22,348 nt of DNA from an uncultured bacterium (GCA_965662235.1 CBFIGY010000042.1:1-22348); one strand, 5' to 3'; numbered from the stretch's first letter, positions 8,806-17,177 are shown. Numbers and translations: made by a program. The notes: generated by a model not told the origin, from the sequence alone.

Positions 8806-9347
8806 GACGGTTCTCCAGAAGAGGGCACGGTGGTCTGCAGAGCAGCTTCTTCCAAGCGAATACGATGCCGCAAGAGGAACAAATTCGCAACCGACCACAC
8901 CAACGACGTCATCCACGCGTTGTAGAGCAAGGGAACACTGGCGAGCTCCAGAACGACCCCGAGGTAGTTCGGGTGCCGGAGGGTCGCATAGAGCCCCTCG
9001 CGGATGGGAGCCTCGCCGGGGACAATGTAGATGCGGGTGCTCCAGCGGTCTCCAAGCGTCCGCATGGCGTAGCGACGCAGCGCAAGCCCAGCGATCAACC
9101 CTCCCAGCGCTGGGAGGTAGAGGGACGATGGCGGAGGGCCCTCACGAAGCAGCCCAGCCTCCAGGAGCATGGCGGGAAACCAGGAAGCATGCAGCGCTAC
9201 CATCACCGGGTAGTGCTCGGGAGCGACCTCGAAGCCCCCGCGCTCGCGCATCCGAGCTTCGTTGTGACGGCTCCGGAAGAGCTCATTGATCCGCTGGATT
9301 CCAATGGCAGCAACCAGGATGGCGAAGCCCAGCAGTTCGGGAGTCAT
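8802..9347 (-). CDS. Isoprenylcysteine carboxyl methyltransferase-family membrane methyltransferase (BpsB/SrsB-like)
   Basis: QRINELFRSRHNE, HYPVMVALH, TLGDRWSTRI, GLYATLRHPNYLGVVLE and RIRLEEAAL. Directly downstream of the type III PKS with an ATGA overlap at 9344-9347. Confidence 0.92.
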   Translation of the reverse strand: MTPELLGFAILVAAIGIQRINELFRSRHNEARMRERGGFEVAPEHYPVMVALHASWFPAMLLEAGLLREGPPPSSLYLPALGGLIAGLALRRYAMRTLGDRWSTRIYIVPGEAPIREGLYATLRHPNYLGVVLELASVPLLYNAWMTSLVWSVANLFLLRHRIRLEEAALQTTVPSSGEPS

Positions 9348-10393
9348 GACCACCGGAGCAGCAGCAGTTCTGCCGAAAACGCGGGCCCCATCGACAGCAT
9401 CAGGCCATGGGCCGGCGCTGGCGGAGGAGCGCTCAGGGCCTGTTCCAGCAGGAGCAGCACTGATGAGGATGAGAGGTTCCCATGCTGGTTCAGGCTTCGG
9501 CGCACGTGGTCCAAGGTTCCGGGGGGAAGTGTGAAGGATTCTTCCAGTGCATCAATCACCTTGGGGCCTCCCGGATGCGTGACCCAGGCGTGGATGTCCG
9601 CAAGCGTCAACCCCTGCGTTTGCAGCAGTTGCTCGGCAAAGGGCCGGACCTGGCGAGCGTATTCCGGAACCCCTGGGCTGAGGACAATCTTCAGCCCCCG
9701 GTTTGTCACCTCCCAGCCCATCACGGATTCCGAGTCTGGAAAGAAGCAGGACTGACTGGCGACCGTTGCCGGACCCGCGGCCAAGGGGTGCTCATCGCCG
9801 ACCATCAGTACCGCGGCGGCACCATCTCCAAAGAGACCACTGGAAATGAGGTTCGCAACCGAGAGGTCCCCCAGCTGCAAGGTCAGCGAGCAGAGCTCAA
9901 CCGAAAGCAGGACCGCAGCTTCGCGGGGGTGCCCCACGAGGTAGTCATGCAGGCGCGCCACGCCTGCTGTTCCAGCAAGGCAACCCAGTCCGAACAGCGG
10001 CATCCGTTTGGTGTCCGGACGGAAGGCAAGGCGGTTCATGAGGCGCGCCTCCAGTGACGGCACCGCAATTCCGGTGACCGTGGTGGACGCAAACAGCGAA
10101 ACCTCTTCTGGAGCCACTCCGGAACGGTCAAACAGCTGCGTCAGGACCTGCTCTCCGAGGCTCAGAGCGGTTTCGAGCCAGGCCCGGTTGGCCGCTTCAA
10201 AATCGAGGGTCCGGTAGCGTTCCATGGGCAAGGCCAGGTGCCGTCCGGAGACGGTGACACTCTTTTGGACTCGGTCAAAGACGGTGACCTCCAGCTGCTG
10301 CTGCTGCCAGACCTCCCGCAAGGCGGCACTGAGCTGTTCCTGCGTGTAGTAGTGTTCCGGAAAGCCGCTGGCGACGGCGAGGACGTGCGGCAT
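9344..10393 (-). CDS. Type III polyketide synthase (BpsA/SrsA/Pks10-like alkylpyrone/alkylresorcinol synthase)
   Basis: Catalytic triad Cys (FGLGCLAG), His (HPGGPKVI) and Asn (HGNLSS); also VELCSLT, LFGDGAAA, SMGPAF. 349 aa. Confidence 0.95.
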   Translation of the reverse strand: MPHVLAVASGFPEHYYTQEQLSAALREVWQQQQLEVTVFDRVQKSVTVSGRHLALPMERYRTLDFEAANRAWLETALSLGEQVLTQLFDRSGVAPEEVSLFASTTVTGIAVPSLEARLMNRLAFRPDTKRMPLFGLGCLAGTAGVARLHDYLVGHPREAAVLLSVELCSLTLQLGDLSVANLISSGLFGDGAAAVLMVGDEHPLAAGPATVASQSCFFPDSESVMGWEVTNRGLKIVLSPGVPEYARQVRPFAEQLLQTQGLTLADIHAWVTHPGGPKVIDALEESFTLPPGTLDHVRRSLNQHGNLSSSSVLLLLEQALSAPPPAPAHGLMLSMGPAFSAELLLLRWS

Positions 10394-10641
10394 CAGGACG
10401 ACGGGAGCTGCTTCTGTTCCAGAAAATCCACCAGCTGTTCCACCGTCTGAAGCTCCAGAAAGTCCTCTAGGTCCACTTCGATCCCAAGCGTTTCCTCTAG
10501 GGTCATCAGCAGGTTGACAGCGTCCAAGGAACCCACGTCGAGGTCCTTCAGGTGGTCTTCGGGGCGGATCGTGTCAGGATCCAGGTCCATTTCGGCAGCA
10601 AGCGCCTGACGCAACAGGGCTTCCAGTTTCTCTCGTGTCAT
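10393..10641 (-). CDS. Acyl carrier protein
   Basis: 82 aa, acidic. LKDLDVGSLDAVNLLMTLEETLGIEV carries the Ppant Ser (S38), and TVEQLVDFL is a typical terminal helix. Confidence 0.92.
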   Translation of the reverse strand: MTREKLEALLRQALAAEMDLDPDTIRPEDHLKDLDVGSLDAVNLLMTLEETLGIEVDLEDFLELQTVEQLVDFLEQKQLPSS

Positions 10642-11897
10642 GACGGGTCGGGAGTAAAGGCCAGGACGGCGTTGCTGCCGCCGAAGGCAAAGGAGTTGGA
10701 GAGCACGGCCCGGATCCGGAGGGAGCGGGGGCCCTCGGCGACAGGGTCAATGGGACAGTTGGGATCCAGGGTGTCGCAGTTCCGGGTTGGAGGAACCCGT
10801 TGCTCCTTGACCATGAAGACGCTTGCCACGGCTTCTAGGGCTGAAGAGGCGCCCATGCTGTGTCCCAGCATCGACTTGTTGGCGGTCACCGGAAGCCGCT
10901 CAGACCGAGGCCCAAAGACCGAGCGAATGGCCTGTGCCTCCACCGGGTCGTTGACCGGGGTCCCGGTTCCGTGAGCATTGATGGCGTCAATGTCGTCGGG
11001 GAAGAGCCCAGAGTCTTCCAGCGCCAGGCGCATGGATTCTGCGACGCTTTCCAGGTCTGGGCTGGTCAGACTCTTGGCGTCGCAGTTGCTGCCGTACCCG
11101 ACCAGTTCCGCAAGGATCGGAGCGCCTCGGCGTTGAGCGGTGTCGAGGGATTCGAGCAGCAGCACCGCGGCTCCTTCAGAAAGGACGAATCCGGAACGGT
11201 TCTGGTCAAAGGGACGGCAGGCGGCTTCTGGCGTGTCGTTTTGGTTCCGGACCAGCACCCCAAGGGCTTCCCATGTGCGCAGGAGCTCATAGGTGATGGG
11301 AGCTTCAGCGCCTCCGCAGAGGACGCGTTCCGCTTGCCCGGAGCGGATCCACTGAAACCCAAGGCCAATGGCATTGGCACCTGACGAGCAGGCCGTGTTC
11401 AGGGTGAGGTTGGGGCCCCGGAGTCCCCACTTGATGGCAATTGCGGCCGACAGGGAACTGTTCATGATGCGCGGAATGGTGTAGGCATTCAGCGAGCGCT
11501 GCGGGGTTCCGTAGAGGGCGTGGTAGGGTTCGGTGTAAGAAGCGATGCCCCCAATTCCGGTGCCCATGACCACGGCTGTGTGAGGGGCTGCCAAGGTATT
11601 GGCCAGTCCAGAACCTTCCCAAGCCTGTGCGGCAGCGGCCAGGCCAAGCAGGGCAAAGCGGTCGTAGCTCTTCAGCTCCCGTCGGCCGAAGTGCTCTTCA
11701 GGAGACCAGTCGGGCACCCGGGCCGCCAGCTGGCAGGTGGCATCTGAGGCATCAAAGTGATCAATGCGTCGCACCCCAGAGGTGCCGGCACAGAGGTGGT
11801 CCCAAAACTGCTGAGGGGTGGTGCCGAGCGGCGAGACCAGGCCCATGGAGGTGACCACGACACGCCGGGCCGCAATGGGGTTGGTGGTTGAGGTCAA
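10638..11897 (-). CDS. Beta-ketoacyl-ACP synthase II-like (FabF-family) ketosynthase
   Basis: RRVVVTSMGLVSPLG, catalytic NTACSSG, INAHGTGT, KSMLGHSMG, RPFDQNRSGFVLSEG and SNSFAFGGSN. TTG start preceded by AGGA. Context suggests a pathway paralogue rather than the housekeeping fabF. Confidence 0.93.
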   Translation of the reverse strand: MTSTTNPIAARRVVVTSMGLVSPLGTTPQQFWDHLCAGTSGVRRIDHFDASDATCQLAARVPDWSPEEHFGRRELKSYDRFALLGLAAAAQAWEGSGLANTLAAPHTAVVMGTGIGGIASYTEPYHALYGTPQRSLNAYTIPRIMNSSLSAAIAIKWGLRGPNLTLNTACSSGANAIGLGFQWIRSGQAERVLCGGAEAPITYELLRTWEALGVLVRNQNDTPEAACRPFDQNRSGFVLSEGAAVLLLESLDTAQRRGAPILAELVGYGSNCDAKSLTSPDLESVAESMRLALEDSGLFPDDIDAINAHGTGTPVNDPVEAQAIRSVFGPRSERLPVTANKSMLGHSMGASSALEAVASVFMVKEQRVPPTRNCDTLDPNCPIDPVAEGPRSLRIRAVLSNSFAFGGSNAVLAFTPDPS

Positions 11898-12808
11898 GCA
11901 GAATCCTGAGACTTGAGGGCGTCGTCCCCTCGGGGGTGGTAGCGGTGGTACTCCTCCGTGTAATCCGGACGGTTCACGAACTGATACTGAAGGGTGGCAT
12001 CCAAACTTACAAACCCAAAGAGTTCCCGGAGATCAGTGAGGTCCATGCCGTTTTGCAGCAGGTGCATGGCAAAGGAGTGCCGCAGAAGCCGCGGATTGAG
12101 GGGCCGTTGAATGCCTGCCCGCTTGGCGTGCTTACGGACCATTGCCCAGAAGCCCATGCGACTGATGCGGGTGCCGTTGCGTCCAGGAAACAAACAGGGG
12201 TCAGCGGGCGACAGCACCCTCGCGTCCCGGGCGTCGGCGAGGTAGCGTTCCAGCAGCGAGGCGGCTTCATCCGTGATGGGAACCATCCGCTCCGTCTTGC
12301 GACGGACCTTGATGAACCTCAGTTCCAGGTAAACATCGTCCACGTTGAGGCCCAGCAACTCGTTGACCTTGAGGCCACTGGAGTAGAGCAGCTCAAGCAT
12401 GGTGCGGTCGCGGAGGCCGAGGTAGTGACTGAGGGGCGGAGCTTCCAAGAGCGCTTGGACCTCGTGAGGTTCCAGCATGTCCGGAGGCTGATCGGGCTCA
12501 ATCTGGGGAAGCCGGACCTGATGCACCGGGTTGCGGGGCAAAACGCCCTGCTGCATCCAGAAGTCGAGGAACAGCTTGAGGGAGGAAAAGTGCCGGGCAA
12601 TGGTCCGGGGACGGTAGACGCTCTCGAGGTCCTGTCGGTAGCGATCCAGGTCCTCAGGCTGCAGGCGTTGGAGCAATGGGAGCGGCTCGGTGCCTTCCGG
12701 AACCAGCCACTTGAGGAACCGCTGGACGTCCAGCCGGTGGCTCTGGAGGCTGTTGGTGGCGTATCGTCGAGAGACCAGCATCTGCAAGAAGGGCTCGACT
12801 AAATCCAT
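11894..12808 (-). CDS. XerD/XerC-like tyrosine recombinase-family protein with degenerate active site
   Basis: SAM-like N-domain (PRTIARHFSSLKLF, RNPVHQV), GLRDRTMLELLYSSGL, LRHSFAMHLLQNGMDL and C-terminal HPR. Catalytic positions read K/K/R/R/F/Y instead of R/K/H/R/H/Y. Confidence 0.9.
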   Translation of the reverse strand: MDLVEPFLQMLVSRRYATNSLQSHRLDVQRFLKWLVPEGTEPLPLLQRLQPEDLDRYRQDLESVYRPRTIARHFSSLKLFLDFWMQQGVLPRNPVHQVRLPQIEPDQPPDMLEPHEVQALLEAPPLSHYLGLRDRTMLELLYSSGLKVNELLGLNVDDVYLELRFIKVRRKTERMVPITDEAASLLERYLADARDARVLSPADPCLFPGRNGTRISRMGFWAMVRKHAKRAGIQRPLNPRLLRHSFAMHLLQNGMDLTDLRELFGFVSLDATLQYQFVNRPDYTEEYHRYHPRGDDALKSQDSA

Positions 12809-12859
12809 CCGCGAAACGTACTTGATGAAGGAAAATCAGGGAAATCGAGAGGAGGGTAA

Positions 12860-13040
12860 TTGAGTCACACCGCAGTGCCGCAGCGAAGATGCTTCTGGTA
12901 CCTGGAGTCACCAGGTGGAGTGTTGTTTGAAAGAATCAGGCCTCCCATCCGGGCTCGCGCAACATCTCTCAGGGACGCACTCCGTGCATCACGAATAAGG
13001 TAGCAGAAGTGATCGATCCGAACACCTCAGCATGACTCAA
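12860..13040 (-). ncRNA. ssrS: 6S RNA
   Basis: 181 nt directly downstream of zapA, the conserved position. Rod-like pairing on the minus strand: TTGAGTCA/TGACTCAA terminal stem, CTTCTG/CAGAAG, GGAGTG/CACTCC, and a CCTGG-TGACT-CCAGG hairpin in the 3' central bubble. The 5' CTGAGGTGTTCG resembles the E. coli 6S 5' end. Confidence 0.85.
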
Positions 13041-13085
13041 AATCTGACCTTAGGGTGCCATACCTTCCGCAATCACGCAAGCAAA

Positions 13086-13442
13086 TCAGGAAGGGTTGAG
13101 GGCGTGTTCCAACTTTTCACAAGCCACCTCAACGCGACGCATGAGGTCGGCATCCTGATTTTGCTGGATCATGCGTAACTTCAGTAGCTGATCCGTAATG
13201 TTGAGGGCGGCAAGAATCAGGGTTTGGGTGCCTCCGGAGAGGCCTGCTTGCTGCTGAATTTCCTCAATTTGTTGCTCCAGCAGTCGCTCCACCTGACGGA
13301 CGTGCTCCTCTCCGTAGGCGCTGGCAATGGCAAAACGGTTGCCCTGGATGCTGATCTGATACTGTTTGAGTTCCGAGTCGGACACGGCTGACTGCTGTTG
13401 GACGGTTTTCAAGTCGGCCCCACGCCAACGTTCTCCCATCAT
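13086..13442 (-). CDS. zapA: Cell division protein ZapA
   Basis: ISIQGNRFAI...EEHVRQVERLLEQQIEEI...LILAALNITDQL followed by a coiled coil; 6S RNA lies downstream. The real start may be GTG 13385. Confidence 0.9.
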   Translation of the reverse strand: MMGERWRGADLKTVQQQSAVSDSELKQYQISIQGNRFAIASAYGEEHVRQVERLLEQQIEEIQQQAGLSGGTQTLILAALNITDQLLKLRMIQQNQDADLMRRVEVACEKLEHALNPS

Positions 13443-13565
13443 TCAAGATGGGTGCCGCGAGCCCTTTCGCAATTGTGAAAGGTTTCATAGAGTGCTAAGC
13501 TTCTATCAGGTTTTTCCGGTCAATGCAACGCATTCGCATCCTTATCTTTCTCTGGAGATTCATTG

Positions 13566-14450
13566 ATGAACGAGTTGGCTAGTGTCCCCCTTTCTGAAGA
13601 CCTCAAGTCTGAGTTTGGCAGCCTGCTGCTGCTGGACCGGCTGATGCGTTTTGACAACCTACGGCGCGAACGGGAGGAATTGGAAAAAACCCTCGCCACG
13701 CTGGAAGCCGACCTCAAGGAACGCAAGAAGGGGTTCTTTCACTCCGATGAAGAAGAGTACGCCATTGAAACCCTCAAGGAAGACCTCCGCCAGGCCCGCC
13801 AGGCCCTGAACGAAGTGGAGGAGGAACAAAAGCAACAAGAAGGCAACCGCCTCAATGTGGCTCTGGCAGAACGGGACGAGTCTGGACTGGAACCGCTGGT
13901 GAAGGAAATGGAACGTCGCGGGTGGCTGGAGATCGGAGAAGACAACTTCTTCAAGGTGACAGAAAAGGGCGCTGAGGTGTACCAGCACCTGCTCACCCAG
14001 CAGCAGTCGTACATTGCCCACTTTGACGTGTATGCCTTTGTGGATCTCACGGAAGGCGTCTTTGCGGATCCGGAAAACGACCTGCTGGAAGGCGACCGCT
14101 GGAATGACCTCCGGGTGGCCGTGGCCGAGCATAAGGGCATTGATCCCTACCGCGTGGTCTTTTTGTCCATGCTCGCCTCGGAGGCGTTTTTTGAGGACCC
14201 AGACTGGAAGTTCAACCTGGCCATGGGCACGCTGTTTGACGAAATGGAAACCCTGACCCAAGAACAGATCCGGGTGGCAGACCTCGGCTTTGAGGATGAG
14301 GAAGGCGTGGTTTCAGGGACGGACGTGATTGAAGACATCATTGCCCAGGGCTCAGAGATTGCGCAGGCTCGGGCACAGGAACAGCGCCAGCGTCAGATTC
14401 AGTTTGAAACCCCAGATGAGCAGATCATCACCACCACCTACTACTGGTAA
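13566..14450 (+). CDS. Acidic hypothetical protein (coiled coil, winged-helix-like segment, unknown C-terminal domain)
   Basis: Long ORF with GGAG upstream of the ATG. LVKEMERRGWLEI...FKVTEKG is a wHTH-type wing signature. Ends 2 nt before rbgA. Confidence 0.85.
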   Translation: MNELASVPLSEDLKSEFGSLLLLDRLMRFDNLRREREELEKTLATLEADLKERKKGFFHSDEEEYAIETLKEDLRQARQALNEVEEEQKQQEGNRLNVALAERDESGLEPLVKEMERRGWLEIGEDNFFKVTEKGAEVYQHLLTQQQSYIAHFDVYAFVDLTEGVFADPENDLLEGDRWNDLRVAVAEHKGIDPYRVVFLSMLASEAFFEDPDWKFNLAMGTLFDEMETLTQEQIRVADLGFEDEEGVVSGTDVIEDIIAQGSEIAQARAQEQRQRQIQFETPDEQIITTTYYW

Positions 14451-14452
14451 GC

Positions 14453-15340
14453 ATGTCCTCTTCAGACGGTTGGGTCCATCCGGACATCAATTGGTTTCCC
14501 GGGCACATGCTCAAGGCCCGCAAGGAGCTGGCGGGTCAGCTCAAGCGGGTGGACGTTGTGCTGGAGGTCCGGGATGCTCGGATTCCGCAGACCTCCATCA
14601 TTCCAGACTTTGAGGAACTGATCCGCAACAAACGACGGGTGGTGTTGCTCAATAAGTCCCGGCTGGCGGAACCTCAGGTGCTCCGGACCTGGGAGCAGCA
14701 GTTCAGCCGACAGGCGGACGCGCCACCGTTGCTGGTTGTGGATGTGCTGGAAAACCGGAACCTCAAGCGAATCCTGCCTCTGGCCCGGTCGCTGATGAAG
14801 GATCGCTGGGAAACCTTTAAGCGCCGCGGCATCCGTCCTCCGGAACTGAGGCTGATGGTGGTCGGCATTCCGAACGTCGGGAAATCCACCCTGATCAACC
14901 GGTTGGTGAAGCGTAAGGCGACTGAAACCGGACCTCGCCCCGGGGTCACCAAGCGGCAGGAATGGGTGAAGCTCGACCGGGATGCCGAACTGCTGGACAC
15001 CCCCGGGATCCTTTGGCCAAAGATTGAAAGCGAAGAGATTGGCCTGCGGCTGGCCATCACAGGCGCCATCAAGGACGCCATTGTTGGGCAGGAGCGTCTG
15101 GGCGCGTTTTTGCTCCAGCGCCTGCAGGAACGGCACCCGGAGGCATTTGACCGCTACGGCCTGGATGAGGACGCCCGTGAAGGGGCTCCGCACGAGGTGC
15201 TGACGGCAATTGCCGATGCCCGGAAATGCCTGAAGGAAGGCGGAGAGCTGGACCTGTACCGAGCCTCAGAGGTTCTGCTGAGTGACTTCCGTTCCGGACG
15301 CTTGGGGCCGCTTTCACTGGATCTGCCTGATCCGGTCTGA
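14453..15340 (+). CDS. rbgA: Ribosome biogenesis GTPase RbgA/YlqF
   Basis: INWFPGHMLKA N-terminal motif, EVRDARIP, circularly permuted G4 (LNKS), G1 GIPNVGKSTLIN, G2 PGVTK, G3 LLDTPGILWP, DFRSGRLG. Confidence 0.96.
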   Translation: MSSSDGWVHPDINWFPGHMLKARKELAGQLKRVDVVLEVRDARIPQTSIIPDFEELIRNKRRVVLLNKSRLAEPQVLRTWEQQFSRQADAPPLLVVDVLENRNLKRILPLARSLMKDRWETFKRRGIRPPELRLMVVGIPNVGKSTLINRLVKRKATETGPRPGVTKRQEWVKLDRDAELLDTPGILWPKIESEEIGLRLAITGAIKDAIVGQERLGAFLLQRLQERHPEAFDRYGLDEDAREGAPHEVLTAIADARKCLKEGGELDLYRASEVLLSDFRSGRLGPLSLDLPDPV

Positions 15341-15348
15341 CCCCCTTC

Positions 15349-17133
15349 CTAGCGCCCGACTGCGTACCCCTGCATGCCACGTGGGTTGGCGCCTGCCTTG
15401 AGCAACCCGTCTTCCTGTGACACGGCACACAGCCGTCCCTCCGACCAGCCATCTTCCACCACAACCTGGTGCCCCCGCTCCCGGAGCGCCCGCTGCGTTG
15501 CTTCAGGAAAACGATCTTCCAGCACCAATTTTCCAGGCGCCATGCGTCGAGGAAAGAAGGAGCCCGGAAAGGACTCAGAGTGGAAGGACGGGAAGTCAAT
15601 GGCTTCCTGCAGGTTGAGGTTGTGATGCAGGTGCCGGAGGAGGAAGATCAGTTGCCACTGGTCTTGCTGGTCGCCACCGGGAGTGCCAAACGCCAGCCAC
15701 GGGCGCCCGTGCTTCAGGGCCAGCGAAGGCGTCAGCGTGGTCCGGGGCCGTTTCTGGGGCGCAAGGGAGGCCGGGAGCCCGGCTTCCAGCCAAAACATCT
15801 GCGCCCGTGAGTTGAGGCAGAAGCCAAGGCTGGGGATGATCGGGGAGCTCTGGAGCCACCCGCCACTGGGCATGGCGGCGACCATGTTGCCCCAGCGGTC
15901 CACCACGTCGACGTGGCAGGTGTCTCCTCGAGACTCACCGGACTTGCTGACGGTTGGTTCACCAATGCCCATGGCGTCAAACGGATCCGGCTGATTGGGA
16001 TCAATCTGCGCGTAGTGCGGGAGGGTGCAGGGGACGCCGGGCAGGGTTCCGGGGCGAAGCTCGTGAGAAGCGTCGGGCCCCAGAAGCTTCCGGCGTTCGC
16101 GGTTGTAAGCTTCTGAAAGAAGCGCCTCGAGCGGAACCTCCGTAAAGTTGGGATCGCCGTAGTAGGCCTCACGGTCGGCCATGGCCAACTTGATGGCTTC
16201 GGTGACGGTGTGGACAAAATCGGCGCTGTCCGGAGGAAGAGCGGTAAAGTCGGTTTGATCCAGTAGAGCAAGAGCCTGCAGGTGAACCGGTCCCTGAGAC
16301 CAGGGGCCGCACTTACAGACGGTGACGTCGCCTCGGGTGTAAGTGACCGGAGCCTCGTAGCTGGCAGACCACTGGGCCAGGTCGTCACCGGTCAGAACGG
16401 CGCGGTGCCGCTCACCGGTGGAATCCATCACCTCTGCCGTGCGGCAGAAAGCGTCAATGGCTTCTGCAACAAATCCTTGATAAAACGCCTGCCGCATGGC
16501 TTCCACCTGCTCAGAGCGGTCGGTCCGGGCCTGTCCTTCCTTGAGGAGGCGTTGCCAGGTGTGTGCTAGGGTGGGGTTGCGGAGCAGGGAGTTGACCGCT
16601 GGCACCTGATTTCCTGGCAGGTAAACTTCAGCGGACGCGGTCCATTCGTTCCGGAAGAGGTCCTGCACCTGCTCAAGGGTTGCCTTCACACGAGGGAGGA
16701 CCGGGACGCCGTGTTCCGCATAGTGAAGGGCCGGGGCAAACACCTGCGCTGGGGAGAGCGTGCCGTAATCCCGAAGCATCAGCATCCAGGCGTCAAAGGC
16801 ACCCGGGACCACGGTGGCAAGCAGTCCGGTACCTGGCACAAGGCTCAGGCCCAGGCTTTGGTAGTGCTCCAGCGTGGCCTGCGCCGGAGCCACCCCCTGT
16901 CCACAGATCACCCGCACGGATGACTCTGCCGCCGGGGCCAGTAACAGCGGTAAGTCACCTCCGGGGCCATTGAGGTGCGGCTCTGCCACCTGTAGCACCA
17001 GTCCGGCAGCGGTTGCCGCATCAAAGGCGTTGCCTCCTTGTTCCAACATGGCCATGGCTGCTGAAGAGGCAAGCCAGTGGGTGGAGGACACCATGCCAAA
17101 GGTGCCCACCAGTTCCGGGCGGGTGGTAAACAT
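15349..17133 (-). CDS. Gamma-glutamyltransferase family protein (no signal peptide)
   Basis: GGNAFDAA, EPHLNGPGGD, VPGAFDAW, ADREAYYGDP, nucleophile Thr in GDTCHVDVVDRWGN, KRPRTTLTP and GTPGGDQQDQ. Confidence 0.95.
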   Translation of the reverse strand: MFTTRPELVGTFGMVSSTHWLASSAAMAMLEQGGNAFDAATAAGLVLQVAEPHLNGPGGDLPLLLAPAAESSVRVICGQGVAPAQATLEHYQSLGLSLVPGTGLLATVVPGAFDAWMLMLRDYGTLSPAQVFAPALHYAEHGVPVLPRVKATLEQVQDLFRNEWTASAEVYLPGNQVPAVNSLLRNPTLAHTWQRLLKEGQARTDRSEQVEAMRQAFYQGFVAEAIDAFCRTAEVMDSTGERHRAVLTGDDLAQWSASYEAPVTYTRGDVTVCKCGPWSQGPVHLQALALLDQTDFTALPPDSADFVHTVTEAIKLAMADREAYYGDPNFTEVPLEALLSEAYNRERRKLLGPDASHELRPGTLPGVPCTLPHYAQIDPNQPDPFDAMGIGEPTVSKSGESRGDTCHVDVVDRWGNMVAAMPSGGWLQSSPIIPSLGFCLNSRAQMFWLEAGLPASLAPQKRPRTTLTPSLALKHGRPWLAFGTPGGDQQDQWQLIFLLRHLHHNLNLQEAIDFPSFHSESFPGSFFPRRMAPGKLVLEDRFPEATQRALRERGHQVVVEDGWSEGRLCAVSQEDGLLKAGANPRGMQGYAVGR

Positions 17134-17177
17134 GTAGGACCTCTTGGAGGGGGTTGGGAGCGGTGAAAGGAGGCGCT

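Noticed and set aside
8806..8916. N-terminal extension of the LutC ORF in the ORF track
   Set aside because: It overlaps the methyltransferase gene; the family-typical start MTARSAIL at 8805 forms an ATGA overlap.
11894..12808. Integrase marking a prophage or genomic island
   Set aside because: The protein is Xer-like and degenerate. I saw no tRNA, att-like direct repeats, phage genes or obvious compositional shift.
13041..13085. Promoter for 6S RNA (TAAGGT -10-like; TGGCAC sigma54-like)
   Set aside because: The candidate -35 hexamers are at 14 or 22 nt spacing and the sigma54 -12 element is missing, so no call is supportable.
15341..15348. Terminator between convergent rbgA and the gamma-glutamyltransferase gene
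   Set aside because: The gap is only 8 nt, with no hairpin or U-tract visible.
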